From Eledone cirrhosa (Eukaryota): a stretch of DNA of 64,000 bases. The notes below the pieces were generated by a model. It did no database searches. It was given only the letters and a program-made list of their open reading frames with translations, and was not told where the DNA came from. This document shows, piece by piece, positions 1-16,125 of the stretch. Both the position numbers and the translations under genes were made by a program. The DNA is taken from contig CAXHJY010000333.1 of NCBI GenBank assembly GCA_964016885.1, positions 16,070 through 80,069 of the forward strand, written 5' to 3'. Position 1 is the first letter of the stretch. Every line of letters begins with the position of its first letter.

Positions 1-2021
<2,021 letters not shown>

Positions 2022-2030
2022 GTGTGTGTG

Positions 2031-2150
2031 AGCGTAGGCACGTGCCTCATTGGTTAGAGAATTGCATTCGCAATCGTGAGGTTGTGAGTTCGATTTCCGA
2101 ACCGGGCGATGTATTATGTCCTTTGAGCAGGACACTTTATCTCACGCTGC
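2031..2150 (+). mobile_element. tRNA-derived SINE head (second family), degenerate
   Basis: A-box-like tgcctcattggttag, B-box gagttcgatttc, followed by tgtcctttgagcaggacacttta. Confidence 0.55.
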
Positions 2151-2379
2151 TCCTTCTGCCTGGATTTACGACCCGTAGACGATATTAGCAATTGAAAAGA
2201 CCGATGGAAGCATTGTTTGCTCGGTCCGATTTGATGAGCTCCACTCCACACGTGAAACGAATGTGGCCTGGGATCTTGTCGATCGAGATGTTACCATAAA
2301 TGACCTGTTATTTTTATCTAAAGACATCGTTTCCAATTCACCCCGCCCGTCTCTTCAATGTAACTAATTTCTCATTCTT

Positions 2380-2415
2380 TCTTCTGATGAAGTACTAGCG
2401 TCCGAAACGTTAAGA
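2380..2415 (+). ncRNA. Minimal type-I hammerhead ribozyme motif (family D)
   Basis: tctt-CTGATGA-a gtac tagc gtcc-GAAA-cg-TT-aaga; helix I tctt/aaga; palindromic AACGTT in place of helix III. Confidence 0.7.
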
Positions 2416-2500
2416 CCCTCTTCCTGCTGTTTCAAGCGTTAATCTAGTATATTCCTTCCATATACTGTATTGATTGTGTTGTTATTTCTGTTTACCTTTT

Positions 2501-2505
2501 ACACA

Positions 2506-2591
<86 letters not shown>

Positions 2592-2664
2592 ACATACACA
2601 CACACACTCACACACACACTCACTCACTCACACACTCACACACTCACCCACACGCACACATACA

Positions 2665-2706
<42 letters not shown>

Positions 2707-2798
2707 CACACTCACACTCACACACACACTCACACACACTCACACACACACACACACACGCACTCACACACACATATATATATACATATATATATATA
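2501..2798. repeat. (CA)n microsatellite
   Basis: Directly visible. Confidence 0.97.
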
Positions 2799-3277
2799 AA
2801 CTCAAACCCTGCAAAACCATTCAATCAGGAGGTGAATAACTACTTCTAAAACTTAGTAAGAAAAGCGATTGAGAGACTCGTATGTCTTCTCTCATCACAG
2901 CAGGAGGGTAATACGTAACAAACGACATATCCCCCACGATTGCATAACTACGCCTATGATGAAGTCACATGCATAACAATGTAACAGAAATATATATCAT
3001 GCCACAAACGAATTATGGTGAAGTAGTCCCTCCGTAACTACTTGATAAATTAATACGCCGTCACATATTTTAGCTGGTATAAATTACTGACGTGAAGAAG
3101 GCGGCCGATTTAACAGGAATTTTAAGGCTAGAAATAGGTAGTAGCTTATCCACTAACATGCTAGTCGATACCTCGTTCTCCAACGATCAATCGACTCCTA
3201 AAACGATTGTAAAACCTACGTCTAACTTCTGTCTTTTTTTTTTCATTATTCGATGCATAAATACACACATATATAAA

Positions 3278-3307
3278 CTAGCAGTGTATCCCGGCGTTGC
3301 ACGGATA
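3278..3307 (-). mobile_element. Helitron-type 3' terminus
   Basis: Minus strand atccgtgcaacgccgggatacactg-CTAG-t: GC hairpin shortly upstream of CTAG. Confidence 0.55.
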
Positions 3308-3364
3308 AGAACATTGGTAAAAGCACCTCCACTGAGAAACGTTTATTTGTTAAAAAAGCTCACG

Positions 3365-3590
3365 AACTGGACATGCTCACGGACATCCAGAGTTGACACT
3401 GCACTCAATGCTCCTGTGGGAGCCCCTGCATGGACACATTGGAAAAGGAAGACCAAAGTTAACGTATGTTGATGCCCGAAGGACAGACACTGGTCTGTTG
3501 GAGTTGCAGGACATGGCAGCGATAATGAGGGACAGAGACCGCTGAAGAGAACTTGTCCATGGATCTCAGGAATTTTATCCGCCCTAAATA
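3365..3590 (+). mobile_element. RTE-group LINE 3' fragment
   Basis: High similarity to 11638-11860 (ctggacatgctcac...ccatggatctc.ggaatttta.c). Confidence 0.8.
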
Positions 3591-4029
3591 GATAGATAGA
3601 TAGATAGATGTTTATGTGTATATTTATATATAAATATGTGTAATATATATATATATATGCGTATATGTGTTTGTATATATATATATATATATATGTGTGT
3701 ATGTATGTATATGTGTATATATGTGTGTGTATATGTATATGTGTATATATATGTATGTGTGTGTGTGTGTGTGTGTGAGAATGTGGCGAAGATAATACGT
3801 CAGCAATGACGTGTTGGGCCTAATGTCGTTATGCAGACAGCCAAGCATGCAGACATATTATAAGGGCTCGACGGAGGTAGATAACTGGCGCCTAAGACCC
3901 CTTTAACAACAGAAAATTGAAAAATAAAAGCTTCAGTTAATATCTTTAGACCGCAAGGAATATATAAATGCAAGTTTGAAGTCAATCGGAGTAGAAATGT
4001 GGATTTGTATAGGCTTTGCAAAATGTCTG

Positions 4030-4100
4030 AGTTTCAGAAGATCCGTTAATAGTGAAAGTGATTCTTTGCTTAAACTTTAATCTGTTATTTTAGTAAATAA
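4030..4100 (+). mobile_element. PLE-derived HHR arm, family A (degenerate)
   Basis: gtttcagaagatccgttaa..gtgaaag..gattctttgcttaaactttaatctgttatttt matches 30028-30100. Confidence 0.75.
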
Positions 4101-4198
4101 ATAAATATATATATATATATAGTGGTGGAACACTAGAAGATAATATCCGTAGAGGTAGAGCACTCAGTCTAAGGGACGAGTTAGGTAGAAGTGTAACC

Positions 4199-4240
<42 letters not shown>

Positions 4241-4245
<5 letters not shown>

Positions 4246-4455
4246 TAACAGATTAAAGTTTAAGCAAAGAATCGCTGCTTTTGATTTTTTTAGTTTCAGA
4301 AGATCCCATTAAGGGTGAAAGCAGCGATTCTTTGCTTAAACTTTAATCTGTTATTTTAATAAATATTTGCTCTACGTTTTCTTATATATTTGATATATAT
4401 TTATCCTTATCGAGTCCTCTTTGGATTTTAGTCTACCAATGTATTATTATTACTA
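4241..4455 (+). mobile_element. PLE-derived fold-back mini-element, family A, with HHR at 4292-4342
   Basis: 4241-4281 is the reverse complement of 4317-4358; tail to 4455 matches 30100-30185; flanked by (TA)n. Confidence 0.85.
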
Positions 4456-4503
<48 letters not shown>

Positions 4504-5049
4504 GCGTTTAGTATCGTAGAACCAAGGGGCTGCTTTAGACAGTTTGGTATCGAAAGTGTTAACGAATCAGCCAAGAAGAAAAAGGTTTCCTTTCCGTTAG
4601 TGCGATATAAAAAAAGGGGCAATATAACTGCAACAACGACCACCCAACCTCAGACGTCCATATAGAAACACGTGCACATAAACACACACAACACACACAA
4701 TGCAGACACACAGTACACAAACACACACACTGTGCACACAGGCCTTGTTCGTATTCTGTTGAGGACCCTGTAAAATTAATTGGAAGGGTGGCAGCTGTAA
4801 CTATGCACACACGAATATTTTTGATATAGTGTTGTTGTTGTTGTTGCTGTCGCTATTTTTTGGGTTGGCGTTATTTTTGTTGTTGTCGTTTATATTTTTT
4901 TGTAGGTTGAGTTCTTTTTATTTTATTTTTCCGGGTGGAGTATGAGGCGGGGACTGACGTGGGGTGTGGGTCGGGATGGGATGGGGTAGGGGTCTTGTTC
5001 CTACCTCTTAATGGTCGTTATGTTGTTATCGATACTGTTGTAGTAGGTT

Positions 5050-6480
5050 ATAGTGATGATGATTATGGTAATGGTGGTACTGGTGGAAGTGGTACTGGTG
5101 GGGGTATTGGTGGTGGTGGTATTGGTGGTGGTGATATTGGTGGTGGTGGTATTGGTGGTGGTGATATTGGTGGTGGTGATATTGGTGGTGGTGGTGGTGG
5201 TGTTGGTGGTGGTGATATTGGTGGTGTTGGTGGTGGTGATATTGGTGGTGTTGGTGCTGGTGGTGATGATGGTGTTGGTGGTTTTGGTGGTGTCGGGGGT
5301 GGTGATGTTGGTGGTGTTGGTGCTGGTGGTGATGATGGTGGTGGTGTTTTTGGTGGTGTTGGGGGTGGTGATGTTGGTAGTGTTGGTAGTAGTGGTGGTG
5401 GTGGTGGTGATATTGGTGGTGTTGGTGCTGGTGGTGGTGTTGGGGGTGGTAGTGTTGTTAGTAGTGGTGTTGGTGGTGGTGATATTGGTGGTGTTGGTGC
5501 TGGTGGTGATGATGGCGGTGGTGTTTTTGGTGGTGTTGGGGGTGGTGATGTTGGTAGTGTTGGTAGTAGTGGTGTTGGTGGTGGTGATATTGGAGGTGCT
5601 GGTGGTGGTGTTGGGGGTGGTAGTGTTGTTAGTAGTGGTGTTGGTGGTGGTGATATTGGTGGTGTTGGTGCTGGTGGTGATGATGGTGGTGGTGTTTTTG
5701 GTGGTGTTGGGGGTGGTGATGTTGGTAGTGTTGGTAGTAGTGGTGTTGGTGGTGGTGATATTGGAGGTGCTGGTGGTGGTGTTGGGGGTGGTAGTGTTGT
5801 TAGTAGTGGTGTTGGTGGTGGTGATATTGGTGGTGTTGGTGCTGGTGGTGATGATGGCGGTGGTGGTTTTGGTGGTGTTGGGGGTGGTGATGTTGGTAGT
5901 GTTGGTAGTAGTGGTGTTGGTGGTGGTGATATTGGAGGTGCTGGTGGTGGTGTTGGGGGTGGTAGTGTTGTTAGTAGTGGTGTTGGTGGTGGTGATATTG
6001 GTGGTGTTGGTGCTGGTGGTGATGATGGCGGTGGTGGTTTTGGTGGTGTTGGGGGTGGTGATGTTGGTAGTATTGGTGGTGGTGGTGGTGGTGATATTGG
6101 TGGTGTTGGTGCTGGTGGTGATGATGGCGGTGGTGGTTTTGGTGGTGTTGGGGGGGGGGATGTTGGTAGTGTTGGTGGTAGTGGTGTTATTGGTGTTGTT
6201 GTTGGTGGTATTGGTGGTGGTAGTATTGCTGGTGTTGGAGGTGGTATTGGTGGTGACGGTGATGATATTGATGACGTTGTTAATGGTTATGATGGTGGTG
6301 GTGGTGTATGGTGGTGCTGCTGTTACTGGTGATGGTGATGATAATGATGACGATGAAGATCATCATCATCATTGTCATCATAACAGCTATGCGGGTTACG
6401 ACTGTCATGGCGCTGATAATGCTGGTGATGATTATTGCGAATATTAAGAAGATGATGATGATGATGATTATTATTATTAT
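5050..6480. repeat. GGT-rich triplet minisatellite with 171-bp higher-order unit
   Basis: agtgttgttagtagt recurs at 5451, 5622, 5793, 5964; almost all triplets are NNT. Confidence 0.9.
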
Positions 6481-6492
6481 CATACCATTCTT

Positions 6493-7068
6493 CGGTGGTT
6501 TGGCAGATTCGGTAGAGTGTCGGACGCCATGCTTTGCAGCATAGAGTTACGGCCCTTTATGGTCTGACTTCAAAACTCGCCGAGGTTAACTTTGCCTTTC
6601 ATCTCTCTTTAACGGGGTCGATAAAATAAAGTACCAGTAATACACTGGTGTATTGCTGGCCTTGTGCCAAAACTAGAAACAATTATCATACCTTTCTTCC
6701 CGGTATATAGCTATGGCCCTTTACGCTCTCAGTTCAAATCCCGCCAAGGTTAACTGTGCCCTTCATCGTTACGGGGTCGATAAAATAAAGTACCAGTAAT
6801 GCACTGGCGTCGATTTAATCGACTTTCCCCCTCTCCCCTTCAAATTGCTGACCTTGTGCCCATTATTATTACTAACAATATTGGAATGGCAGTCTCGGTA
6901 GGGAGTCGGACGCCATGCTTTCCACCATAGTTACGTCCCTTTACGGACTGAGTTCAAATCCCGCCGAGGTTAACTTTGCCTTTCATCCTTACGGGGTCGA
7001 TAAAATAAAGTACCAGTAATGCACTGGGTAATTGCTGCCCTTGTACCAAAAGTAGAAATGATTATTAT
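6493..7068 (+). mobile_element. Three tandem copies of the dominant tRNA-derived SINE
   Basis: A box tggcag..tcggt, B box gagttcaaatccc, core gttaactttgcctttcatccttacggggtcgataaaataaagtaccagt, tail gccttgtgccaaaa.tagaaacaattatt. Confidence 0.9.
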
Positions 7069-7129
7069 ATTATGTTATGTTTATATATATATATATAGAT
7101 GATGATGATTATGAATTTTACGTTATATT

Positions 7130-9950
7130 TATATTGTCTATGATGATGATGGTTATGAATATGTTATGTTTATTATGTCTATGATGATGATGGTTATGAA
7201 TATGTTATGTTTATTATGTCTATGGTGATGATGGTTATGAATATGTTATGTTTATTATGTCTATGATGATGATGGTTATGAATATGTTATGTTTATTATG
7301 TCTATGATGATGATGGTTATGATATGTTATGTTTATTATGTCTATGATGATGATGGTTATGAATATGTTATGTTTATTATGTCTATGATGATGATGATGG
7401 TTATGAATATGTTATGTTTATTATGTCTATGATGATGATGATGGTTATCAATATGTTATGTTTATTATGTCTATGATGATGATGATGGTTATCAATATGT
7501 TATGTTTATTATGTCTATGATGATGATGATGGTTATCAATATGTTATGTTTATTATGTCTATGATGATGATGATGGTTATCAATATGTTATGTTTATTAT
7601 GTCTATGATGATGATGATGGTTATCAATATGTTATGTTTATTATGTCTATGATGATGATGATGGTTATGAATATGTTATGTTTATTATGTCTATGATGAT
7701 GATGGTTATGAATATGTTATGTTTATTATGTCTATGATGATGATGGTTATGAATATGTTATGTTTATTATGTCTATGATGATGATGATGGTTATGAATAT
7801 GTTATGTTTATTATGTCTGTGATGATGATGGTTATGAATATGTTATGTTTATTATGTCTGTGATGATGATGATGGTTATGAATATGTTATGTTTATTATG
7901 TCTGTGATGATGATGGTTATGAATATGTTATGTTTATTATGTCTGTGATGATGATGGTTATGAATATGTTATGTTTATTATGTCTGTGATGATGATGATG
8001 GTTATGAATATGTTATGTTTATTATGTCTATGATGATGATGATGGTTATGAATATGTTATGTTTATTATGTCTGTGATGATGATGGTTATGAATATGTTA
8101 TGTTTATTATGTCTGTGATGATGATGGTTATGAATATGTTATGTTTATTATGTCTGTGATGATGATGATGGTTATGAATATGTTATGTTTATTATGTCTG
8201 TGATGATGATGGTTATGAATATGTTATGTTTATTATGTCTGTGATGATGATGGTTATGAATGTGTTATGTTTATTATGTCTATGATGATGATTATGAATG
8301 TGTTATGTTTATTATGTCTATGATGATGATGGTTATGCATATGTTATGTTTATTATGTCTATGATGATGATGGTTATGAATATGTTATGTTTATTATGTC
8401 TGTGATGATAATGATGGTTATGAATATGTTATGTTTATTATGTCTATGATGATGATGGTTATGAATATGTTATGTTTATTATGTCTATGATGATGATGGT
8501 TATGAATATGTTATGTTTATTATGTCTATGATGATGATGGTTATGAATGTGTTATGTTTATTATGTCTATGATGATGATTATGAATGTGTTATGTTTATT
8601 ATGTCTATGATGATGATGGTTATGCATATGTTATGTTTATTATGTCTATGATGATGATTATGAATGTGTTATGTTTATTATGTCTATGATGATGATGGTT
8701 ATGCATATGTTATGTTTATTATGTCTATGATGATGATTATGAATGTGTTATGTTTATTATGTCTATGATGATGATGGTTATGAATATGTTATGTTTATTA
8801 TGTCTATGATGATGATTGTTATGAATATGTTATGTTTATTATGTCTGTGATGATAATGATGGTTATGAATATGTTATGTTTATTATGTCTATGATGATGA
8901 TGGTTATGAATATGTTATGTTTATTATGTCTATGATGATGATGGTTATGAATATGTTATGTTTATTACTTCTATGAGGATGATGGTTATGAATATGTTAT
9001 GTTTATTATGTCTATGATGATGATGGTTATGAATATGTTATGTTTATTATGTCTATGATGATGATGATGGTTATGAATATGTTATGTTTATTATGTCTAT
9101 GATGATGATGGTTATAAATATGTTATGTTTATTATGTCTATGATGATGATGGTTATGAATATGTTATGTTTATTATGTCTATGATGATGATGGTTATGAA
9201 TATGTTATGTTTATTACTTCTATGAGGATGATGGTTATGAATATGTTATGTTTATTATGTCTATGATGATGATGGTTATGAATATGTTATGTTTATTATG
9301 TCTATGATGATGATGATGGTTATGAATATGTTATGTTTATTATGTCTATGATGATGATGGTTATGAATATGTTATGTTTATTACTTCTATGAGGATGATG
9401 GTTATGAATATGTTATGTTTATTATGTCTATGATGATGATGGTTATGAATATGTTATGTTTATTATGTCTGTGATGATGGTTATGAATATGTTATGTTTA
9501 TTATGTCTATGATGATGGTTATGAATATGTTATGTTTATTATGTCTGTGATGATGATGGTTATGAATATGTTATGTTTATCACGTCTATGATGATGATGG
9601 TTATGAATATGTTATGTTTATTATGTCTATGATGATGATGGTTATGAATATGTTATGTTTATTATGTCTGTGATGATGATGGTTATGAATATGTTATGTT
9701 TATCACGTCTATGATGATGATGGTTATGAATATGTTATGTTTATCACGTCTATGATGATGATGGTTATGAATATGTTATGTTTATTATGTCTATGATGAT
9801 GATCGTTATGAATATGTTATGTTTATTATGTCTGTGATGATGATTCTTATGAATGTTATGTTTATTATGTCTATGATGATGATGGTTATGTATGTGTTAT
9901 GTTTATTATGTCTATGGTGATGATGTTGATTATGTTATGTTATATCTACG
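7130..9950. repeat. 41-bp minisatellite (38/41/44-bp variants), roughly 65-70 units
   Basis: Unit gatgatgatggttatgaatatgttatgtttattatgtctat; ggttatg at 7151 and 7192. Confidence 0.97.
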
Positions 9951-10029
9951 ATGACCATGATGATGATACTGTGCAGTTTGCAGCTGTTTCATTATTTCCT
10001 TCCAATCTCATGGGTTTTATTTTTTCAAC

Positions 10030-10265
10030 TTTCGTCTTTCTTTCCTTCCTCTATTTCTTTTACCTTTTTTTCCCTTTCTTACATTCTTTTTTTCTTCTTT
10101 CTATCTCCTATCTTCTTCTTTGCCTCTCTCCTTCTCTCTCTCCTTCTCTGCCTCTCTCCTTCTCTCTCCTCTCTCCCCCCTTTCTCTCTGTTTTCTTTCA
10201 CTATTTTTTCTCTGCCTCTCTCTTTCTTTCTTGGTTTCTTTCACATTATCTATCTATTTATGCCT

Positions 10266-10364
<99 letters not shown>

Positions 10365-10552
10365 AAACATCTATAGTCTATCTATCTATCTATCTTTCTA
10401 TCACTGTCTATCTATCTATCACTCTGTCTCAAGATCTATCTCTCTATCTATCTATCTGTCTATCTATCTATCTCTGTCTGTCTCAACATTTATCTATCTA
10501 TCTATCTATCTATCACTCTGTCTCAACATCTATCTATCTATCTATTTATCTA
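10030..10552. repeat. Pyrimidine tract, (CT)n and (TCTA)n
   Basis: Directly visible. Confidence 0.92.
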
Positions 10553-10929
10553 ACTAGCTTTCCTTTGTCCCTAAGAAGAAAAATAAAAACTAATATTTTC
10601 AATAAGAACATATAATAAAAAAAATATAGAAGGCCTAATATAAAAATGAAATCTTAGTTTTAGTAGAAATTTACGACTTTCACTCATGTATGTTTTAGTT
10701 TTGTAACCGAACCACCCGCCAAACTACTTTCTTTTGTTGTTGTTGTTGTTGTTGTTTTTATATCCTTTCTTTGTGACCGACTATTTCCTTTCTCTACCGG
10801 AAGTTATCAATCCCACATCGTGTGCGTGAAAACTGTCCATTACACCCTAGCAAAGTTTAATGGCTGTCATTACACCTTCATGTATTCTGCGCTAAATACA
10901 AAAAGGTAAGGATAAAAAATAATGATTTA

Positions 10930-11010
10930 TTATATAGGCAGAAGGCCAGTAATTGAGGGGAGGGGGAAGTCGATTGAATAGACCCCAGTACATTACTGGT
11001 GCTTTATGTT
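10930..11010 (-). mobile_element. SINE 3' portion abutting the LINE fragment
   Basis: aggcagaaggccagtaatt...gtcgatt...gaccccagt.cattactggt is the reverse complement of the SINE tail. Confidence 0.7.
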
Positions 11011-11860
11011 ATTGCACTGGAGAAATACCAGGACTCTGGCTTTACTGTAGCACCGGCTCAGAGCAGGAGAGTTAAGGTGAAAAAGATATCAGATGCTGAA
11101 TTTGCCGACGACATAGTTTTGGTGAAAAATACAGTGAAGGAGGCAGAGGATTTGATGCAGGAGGTTGAGACTGTGCCGATGAGTGTGGGGCTGAGAATGA
11201 ATGAGACTAAAACAAAATATCTGGTAGAGAATGTTGAGAAGCCAGAGGGATCACTAATGTAGGCGGGAAGCCGCTAGAATTGGTTGAGGACTTCCTGTAT
11301 TTGGGAGCAAAGATTGGGAATACGGAAGATGATGTGGTTGAGAGGAAGAGCAAAGCATGGGCGGCGTGCCACAGCTTGAGATCGGTGTGGAAGTCGAACC
11401 TTCGTAAAGACCTTAAAATCCGCCCCTTCATTGCTGTAGTGGAGTCTGTGCTGCTGTACGGGTCTGAGACTTGGACACTGACCAAGAAACTCACTCAGAT
11501 GGTGGATGGGTGCTACACGAGAATACTGAGGATGGCTCTGAACATTAATCATTATACACTGAGGATGAAAAACTCAGAGCTGTATGGGAGCCTCCCAAAA
11601 GTCAGCTCAAAAGTGACACAGAGGTGATTGAGGTTAGCTGGACATGCTCACCGACATCCAGAGTTGACATTGCACTCAGTGCTCCTGTGGGAGCCCCTAC
11701 ATGGACACACTGGAAGAGGAAGACCAGGGTTAACGTATGTTGATGTCCCAAGGACAGACACTGGTCTGTTGGAGACGCAGGACATGGCAGCGATAATGAG
11801 GGACAGAGACCGCTGTAGAGAACTCGTCCATGGATCTCGGGAATTTTACCCTCCCTAGAA
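11010..11860 (+). mobile_element. 5'-truncated RTE-group LINE, disrupted reverse transcriptase C-terminal half
   Basis: Motifs EFADDIVL, GLRMNETKTK, VEDFLYLG, VLLYGSETWTLT, RLAGHAHRH, GRGRP, DRDR; frameshift ~11260 and stop at 11625; ends in (TA)n. Confidence 0.88.
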
Positions 11861-11878
11861 TATATATATATATATATA

Positions 11879-12125
11879 CACAATGATATTAAATAAATGG
11901 AAACTATATTTATAAAACCATATTTATTCTATTATATATATTTCAATGGTACCAAAACTTTGGTACGCTCTCATCAGATAAAATACAAAGCTTGTTTTAT
12001 AAATATTGACATAACCAGGGAAGAAGAATTTACAGGTTCAAGTTTTTCCTGGATAGAAAAACTGTCGAGTGCTTTAAATCAGTTATAAACTTTTAAATTT
12101 GTTGAATTACCAACAAATTGAATAT
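11879..12125. mobile_element. PLE-type fold-back mini-element, family B; HHR on minus strand 11925-11985
   Basis: Minus: tattttat-CTGATGA-gagcgtaccaaagttttggtaccatt-GAAA-tatata-TA-atagaata; tail gtcgagtgcttt..atcagttataaa as at 35123. Confidence 0.75.
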
Positions 12126-12133
12126 CCGTTTTG

Positions 12134-12187
<54 letters not shown>

Positions 12188-12953
12188 GTGTGTGTGTGTT
12201 TGAATTTTCAGCCGCTGAGATGGTTTGTTGCAACAATAATACGTACTCCGTGTACTATCTCCAAATCAAATATTTTGCCTATTTTCTCTGCTTATATCTT
12301 GTCTGTTTGTGTTTGCCGTAATTCCTTTATTAAGTAACTAATTGTTTAACTAATTATGTAGTACCATTTTAAAATGGTGGATCGTGCAACAGAAAAATAA
12401 ATCATATTGTTAGGTTCTATTTTACGTATCGGCCGTTGATCACTTCTTTGTCCGTCTCCAAGGGTCTTCACCCTAATTTATAAGCAATTTTATAGCACCT
12501 CCTCACGTGGACATGCCCCTCTTTCCTCCTCTGATCTCTTGTTTCATTCCTACACTGTTCCCTACAGCTTCATTCTTATCCCCCTTTCTTTGAATATATC
12601 TTTTGTTGACTGCAGAGGGGCCGACTCTCATTTCTCTTCAGGTTTTTCTATTGCATTAGTTTTATACATCATGTCTTACTTCTTATTTAATCCCCCCTAA
12701 CCCATTTTAACATCCCACCTTTGTTTATGTGTGTATATATATATATGTGTATATATATATTTATATTATATATAAAGTTATAAACATACTCGTACATTCA
12801 ACCGTCTCACTCTCTGTATTTATGTGTTTATATACGTATATAAATTTATATATTTATATATATTATGTGTGTGCGTATATATATATATATATATATGATA
12901 GTATGGGTATAGATATGTGTATTTTTGTATATATATGTGTGTATTTGTGTGTG

Positions 12954-12984
<31 letters not shown>

Positions 12985-13036
12985 ATTTTTAATATATATA
13001 TATATATATTTGGGTATATATATATATGTATTTTGG

Positions 13037-13071
<35 letters not shown>

Positions 13072-13673
13072 TATGTATATATATATACATATGTGTGTGT
13101 ATTTCTGTATTTGTATTTTTATATATAAATATATTATATATATATGTGTATTTTTGTATATATATATATATTTTGTATATATATATATTTTGTGTATATA
13201 TATATATATATATAGGGGTGTTATTATGGCAGGGCAATAAGTGCAACTTATCAAAAAACAATTTTTATGTCATGACTTTTGCTACTCTCATTGGTCATAT
13301 ATCACCTTCCCCTCCATCCATCCACATTTCTCACACAAAACAAATCTAGGGAATAAATCTAATGTAGCGCTATTTTCCATCCCCTTTTGACCTCACCTCA
13401 TTCTTCTTTCAATGCTTACCTCCCTTCTTTTTTTCTCTTCTGTTGCTTTCTTTCTGTTTTTCACGCTTTCTTACTCTCTCATTCACTCTTTTCCTTCTTC
13501 CGTTTTGAGACAGAAAATGTGATCGTAAAACAAGTGCGTCTATATATATATATATGTGTGTGTGTGTGAGTGTGTCTCCGTCTGTCCGAAAAGTAAACGG
13601 AAAAAAACAACAGACAATGAAGTATAATGGATATGTATGTATATTAGTTTCACGTTTAATATAGTAAGAAACA

Positions 13674-13709
13674 TCTTAATATTTCGGGCGCTTGTCCTTC
13701 TTCAGAAAA
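13674..13709 (-). ncRNA. Minimal hammerhead motif (family D)
   Basis: Minus: tttt-CTGAAGA-a ggac aagc gccc-GAAA-ta-TT-aaga; flanks similar to 2371-2500. Confidence 0.7.
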
Positions 13710-14243
13710 TAGAATGAGAACTTATAGAAAAAATTGAAAGATAGAGGTGAGTTCACAGAGTTAGAAAACGAACATTTTCTTTCTAATAAAAGGTCTGTTT
13801 ATTTTACCATCTCATTTTTAATTACACAATAGACATAATACGTATTTCTCTGGTGAAATAGTTAAAGCCTGATACCATGATACACCGCCTGCTGATGACA
13901 CATTAACTCTGCATACGAAACTACATTAGAATTGTGAGAAAACACGTGATCCAGACTGTATTACACCATTGTTTTCCTGATTGGAGTCACGTAATCACAG
14001 CATTACCATTATTCAACCAACCAGCCAACCAGCCAGCTAACCAACCAGCCTACCAACCAGCCAACCATGGCCATCCCTGGCTCAATGGGTGCCCCTCCCT
14101 CTCCTAATATCATGGAGTGAGGCTGACACAGATCGTTTCGGTTTGCTTCCGCTTGGGAAACTTCAAAGGGATGAATATATTATACTATATTTACAGACAT
14201 GGGTGATGGATAGATAGGGAGAGAGAATCATGCAGAGGTGTAT

Positions 14244-14310
<67 letters not shown>

Positions 14311-14419
14311 ATACTATATTTACAGACATGGGTGTGTGAGAGATAGGGAGAGAGAATCATACAGAGGTGTATAATATATATAATATATATATGTATATAT
14401 ATATATACACACAATATAT

Positions 14420-14610
14420 ATAATTGTCTCTACTTTAGGCACAAGGCCAGCAATTACCCAGTGCATTACTGATACTTTATTTTATCGACCCGTAAGGATG
14501 AAAGGCAAAGTTAACCTCGGCGGGATTTGAACTCAGAATGGCAAGGGCCGTAACTCTATGCGTCAAAGCATGGCGTCCGACCCTCTACCGATACTGACAA
14601 TCCACCGCCC
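14420..14610 (-). mobile_element. tRNA-derived SINE, near full length
   Basis: Reverse complement of the A box, B box, core and tail seen at 24105-24290. Confidence 0.9.
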
Positions 14611-14712
14611 AATATATATAATACTATATAATACTACATGGGTGTTGGAGAGACAGTGAGAGATAAGGAGAGAAGAGTGAGATAGAATCAAGTAGGGTTG
14701 TACAATATATAC

Positions 14713-14764
<52 letters not shown>

Positions 14765-15280
14765 AATGACAAGAATCAAAGTTCTGTTCAAACCATTTAT
14801 TAGCTTACAATTGTTTCCTCCAAACCGAGGTTTGGAGTCTTCGGAGCAATTTTTCAATGATTGTTTACATACATGACCTCCTTCCCAACACAAGAGACAG
14901 ACAGAAACATATGTATATATCGATGCACAGTGGGTTGACATCCATTATAATATTTTAGCATGGCAATTTACATTCAAAGATTAAAATCATATTAAAAAAA
15001 ATTAAAACAAAATTAAAGTTAAAATACAACATCAGCAGTTTACGAAGATAATGCAAGAGGATAGTTTGAAGTAGTTAGTGTATGCAATAGTTACACGTGG
15101 GGCATGCACGTGTGTCTTATTTATATAAGATTATAAGATTATAGTGCGGCAAGGTGTTATATGGAATACAAGTACTTTAAGCGGGCAATCAAGAGTATTA
15201 TGGGGGTTGTATTGGTAAAGTATTTGTTATGTATGATATAGAAGCATGTGTGCAGAGAAATATTAATTATATATATATAA

Positions 15281-15342
<62 letters not shown>

Positions 15343-15759
15343 CTGTGACCCGTCGGTTTCTTTCTTACTCCTTCCTTTTTTCTCTGTATCTCTCACTTCT
15401 TTTTACCCCCTCTGCCATTTACTGTCTCTGTTAACCTCTTCCTCACAGTTTCACTCAGTCACTCTCTGCTACTCCCTCTCCTACTTCCTCCCGTTTGACC
15501 TGTGCGAAATTCTTTCCTCACTGACACTTTGACCAGGTCGGATGGTCTTTATTCTCTCTCGTCTACGATTTCACAGAACTTATGTTCATTGATTTCAGGG
15601 ACTTGACTCCCTCTTACTCACTTTTCGTTACATTACCATCTTTGATTGTTTACTGTCTCGCTCGTTCCCCCTATTTACGTGTCCCAACGATTTTCTTTAG
15701 CCGTTGCTCGCACCAACCAGAGGTATATGGTCGTTAAAGCTATGAAATATATATATGTA

Positions 15760-16072
15760 GAAGTTATATTTAATTTGTTGGGATACAACAAGCAAATATT
15801 TATATAACTGATATAAAGCACTCAACAAATTATTGGAGTAAAAATACGATATATCATTTGTTAATAAATATTGACATACCCTTAAACTATCCGCGAGCTT
15901 CCAACAGAAATGGTCGCATTCTTTAAGGGTATGTCAATATTTATTTATAAAACTGATCTATATTATATTTTATCTGATGAAAGCGCACCATAATTTGACT
16001 TGGTGTCCTTGAAATATGTATAATGAAATAAATATGGTTTTATAAATATAGTTTTCATTTGTTAATATATCG

Positions 16073-16075
<3 letters not shown>
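15760..16075. mobile_element. PLE-type fold-back mini-element, family B; HHR on plus strand 15966-16030
   Basis: tattttat-CTGATGA-aagcgcacca..tggtgtcctt-GAAA-tatgta-TA-atgaaata; internal IR aaatattgacatacccttaaa/tttaagggtatgtcaatattt; inverted tail at left. Confidence 0.75.

Positions 16076-16125
<50 letters not shown>

Noticed and set aside
4935-6447. 465-aa Gly-rich ORF resembling a structural protein
   Set aside because: Uniform NNT triplets, parallel open Val-rich frame, no signal peptide or splice evidence; explained as a minisatellite.
6493-6600. tRNA genes at A/B-box motifs
   Set aside because: No cloverleaf; motifs are heads of a multi-copy SINE.
7130-9950. CRISPR-like regular array
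   Set aside because: No unique spacers; eukaryotic tandem repeat; no cas genes.
13892-13930. CTGATGA...GAAA motif
   Set aside because: Helices I and II do not pair and there is no UH triplet in register.
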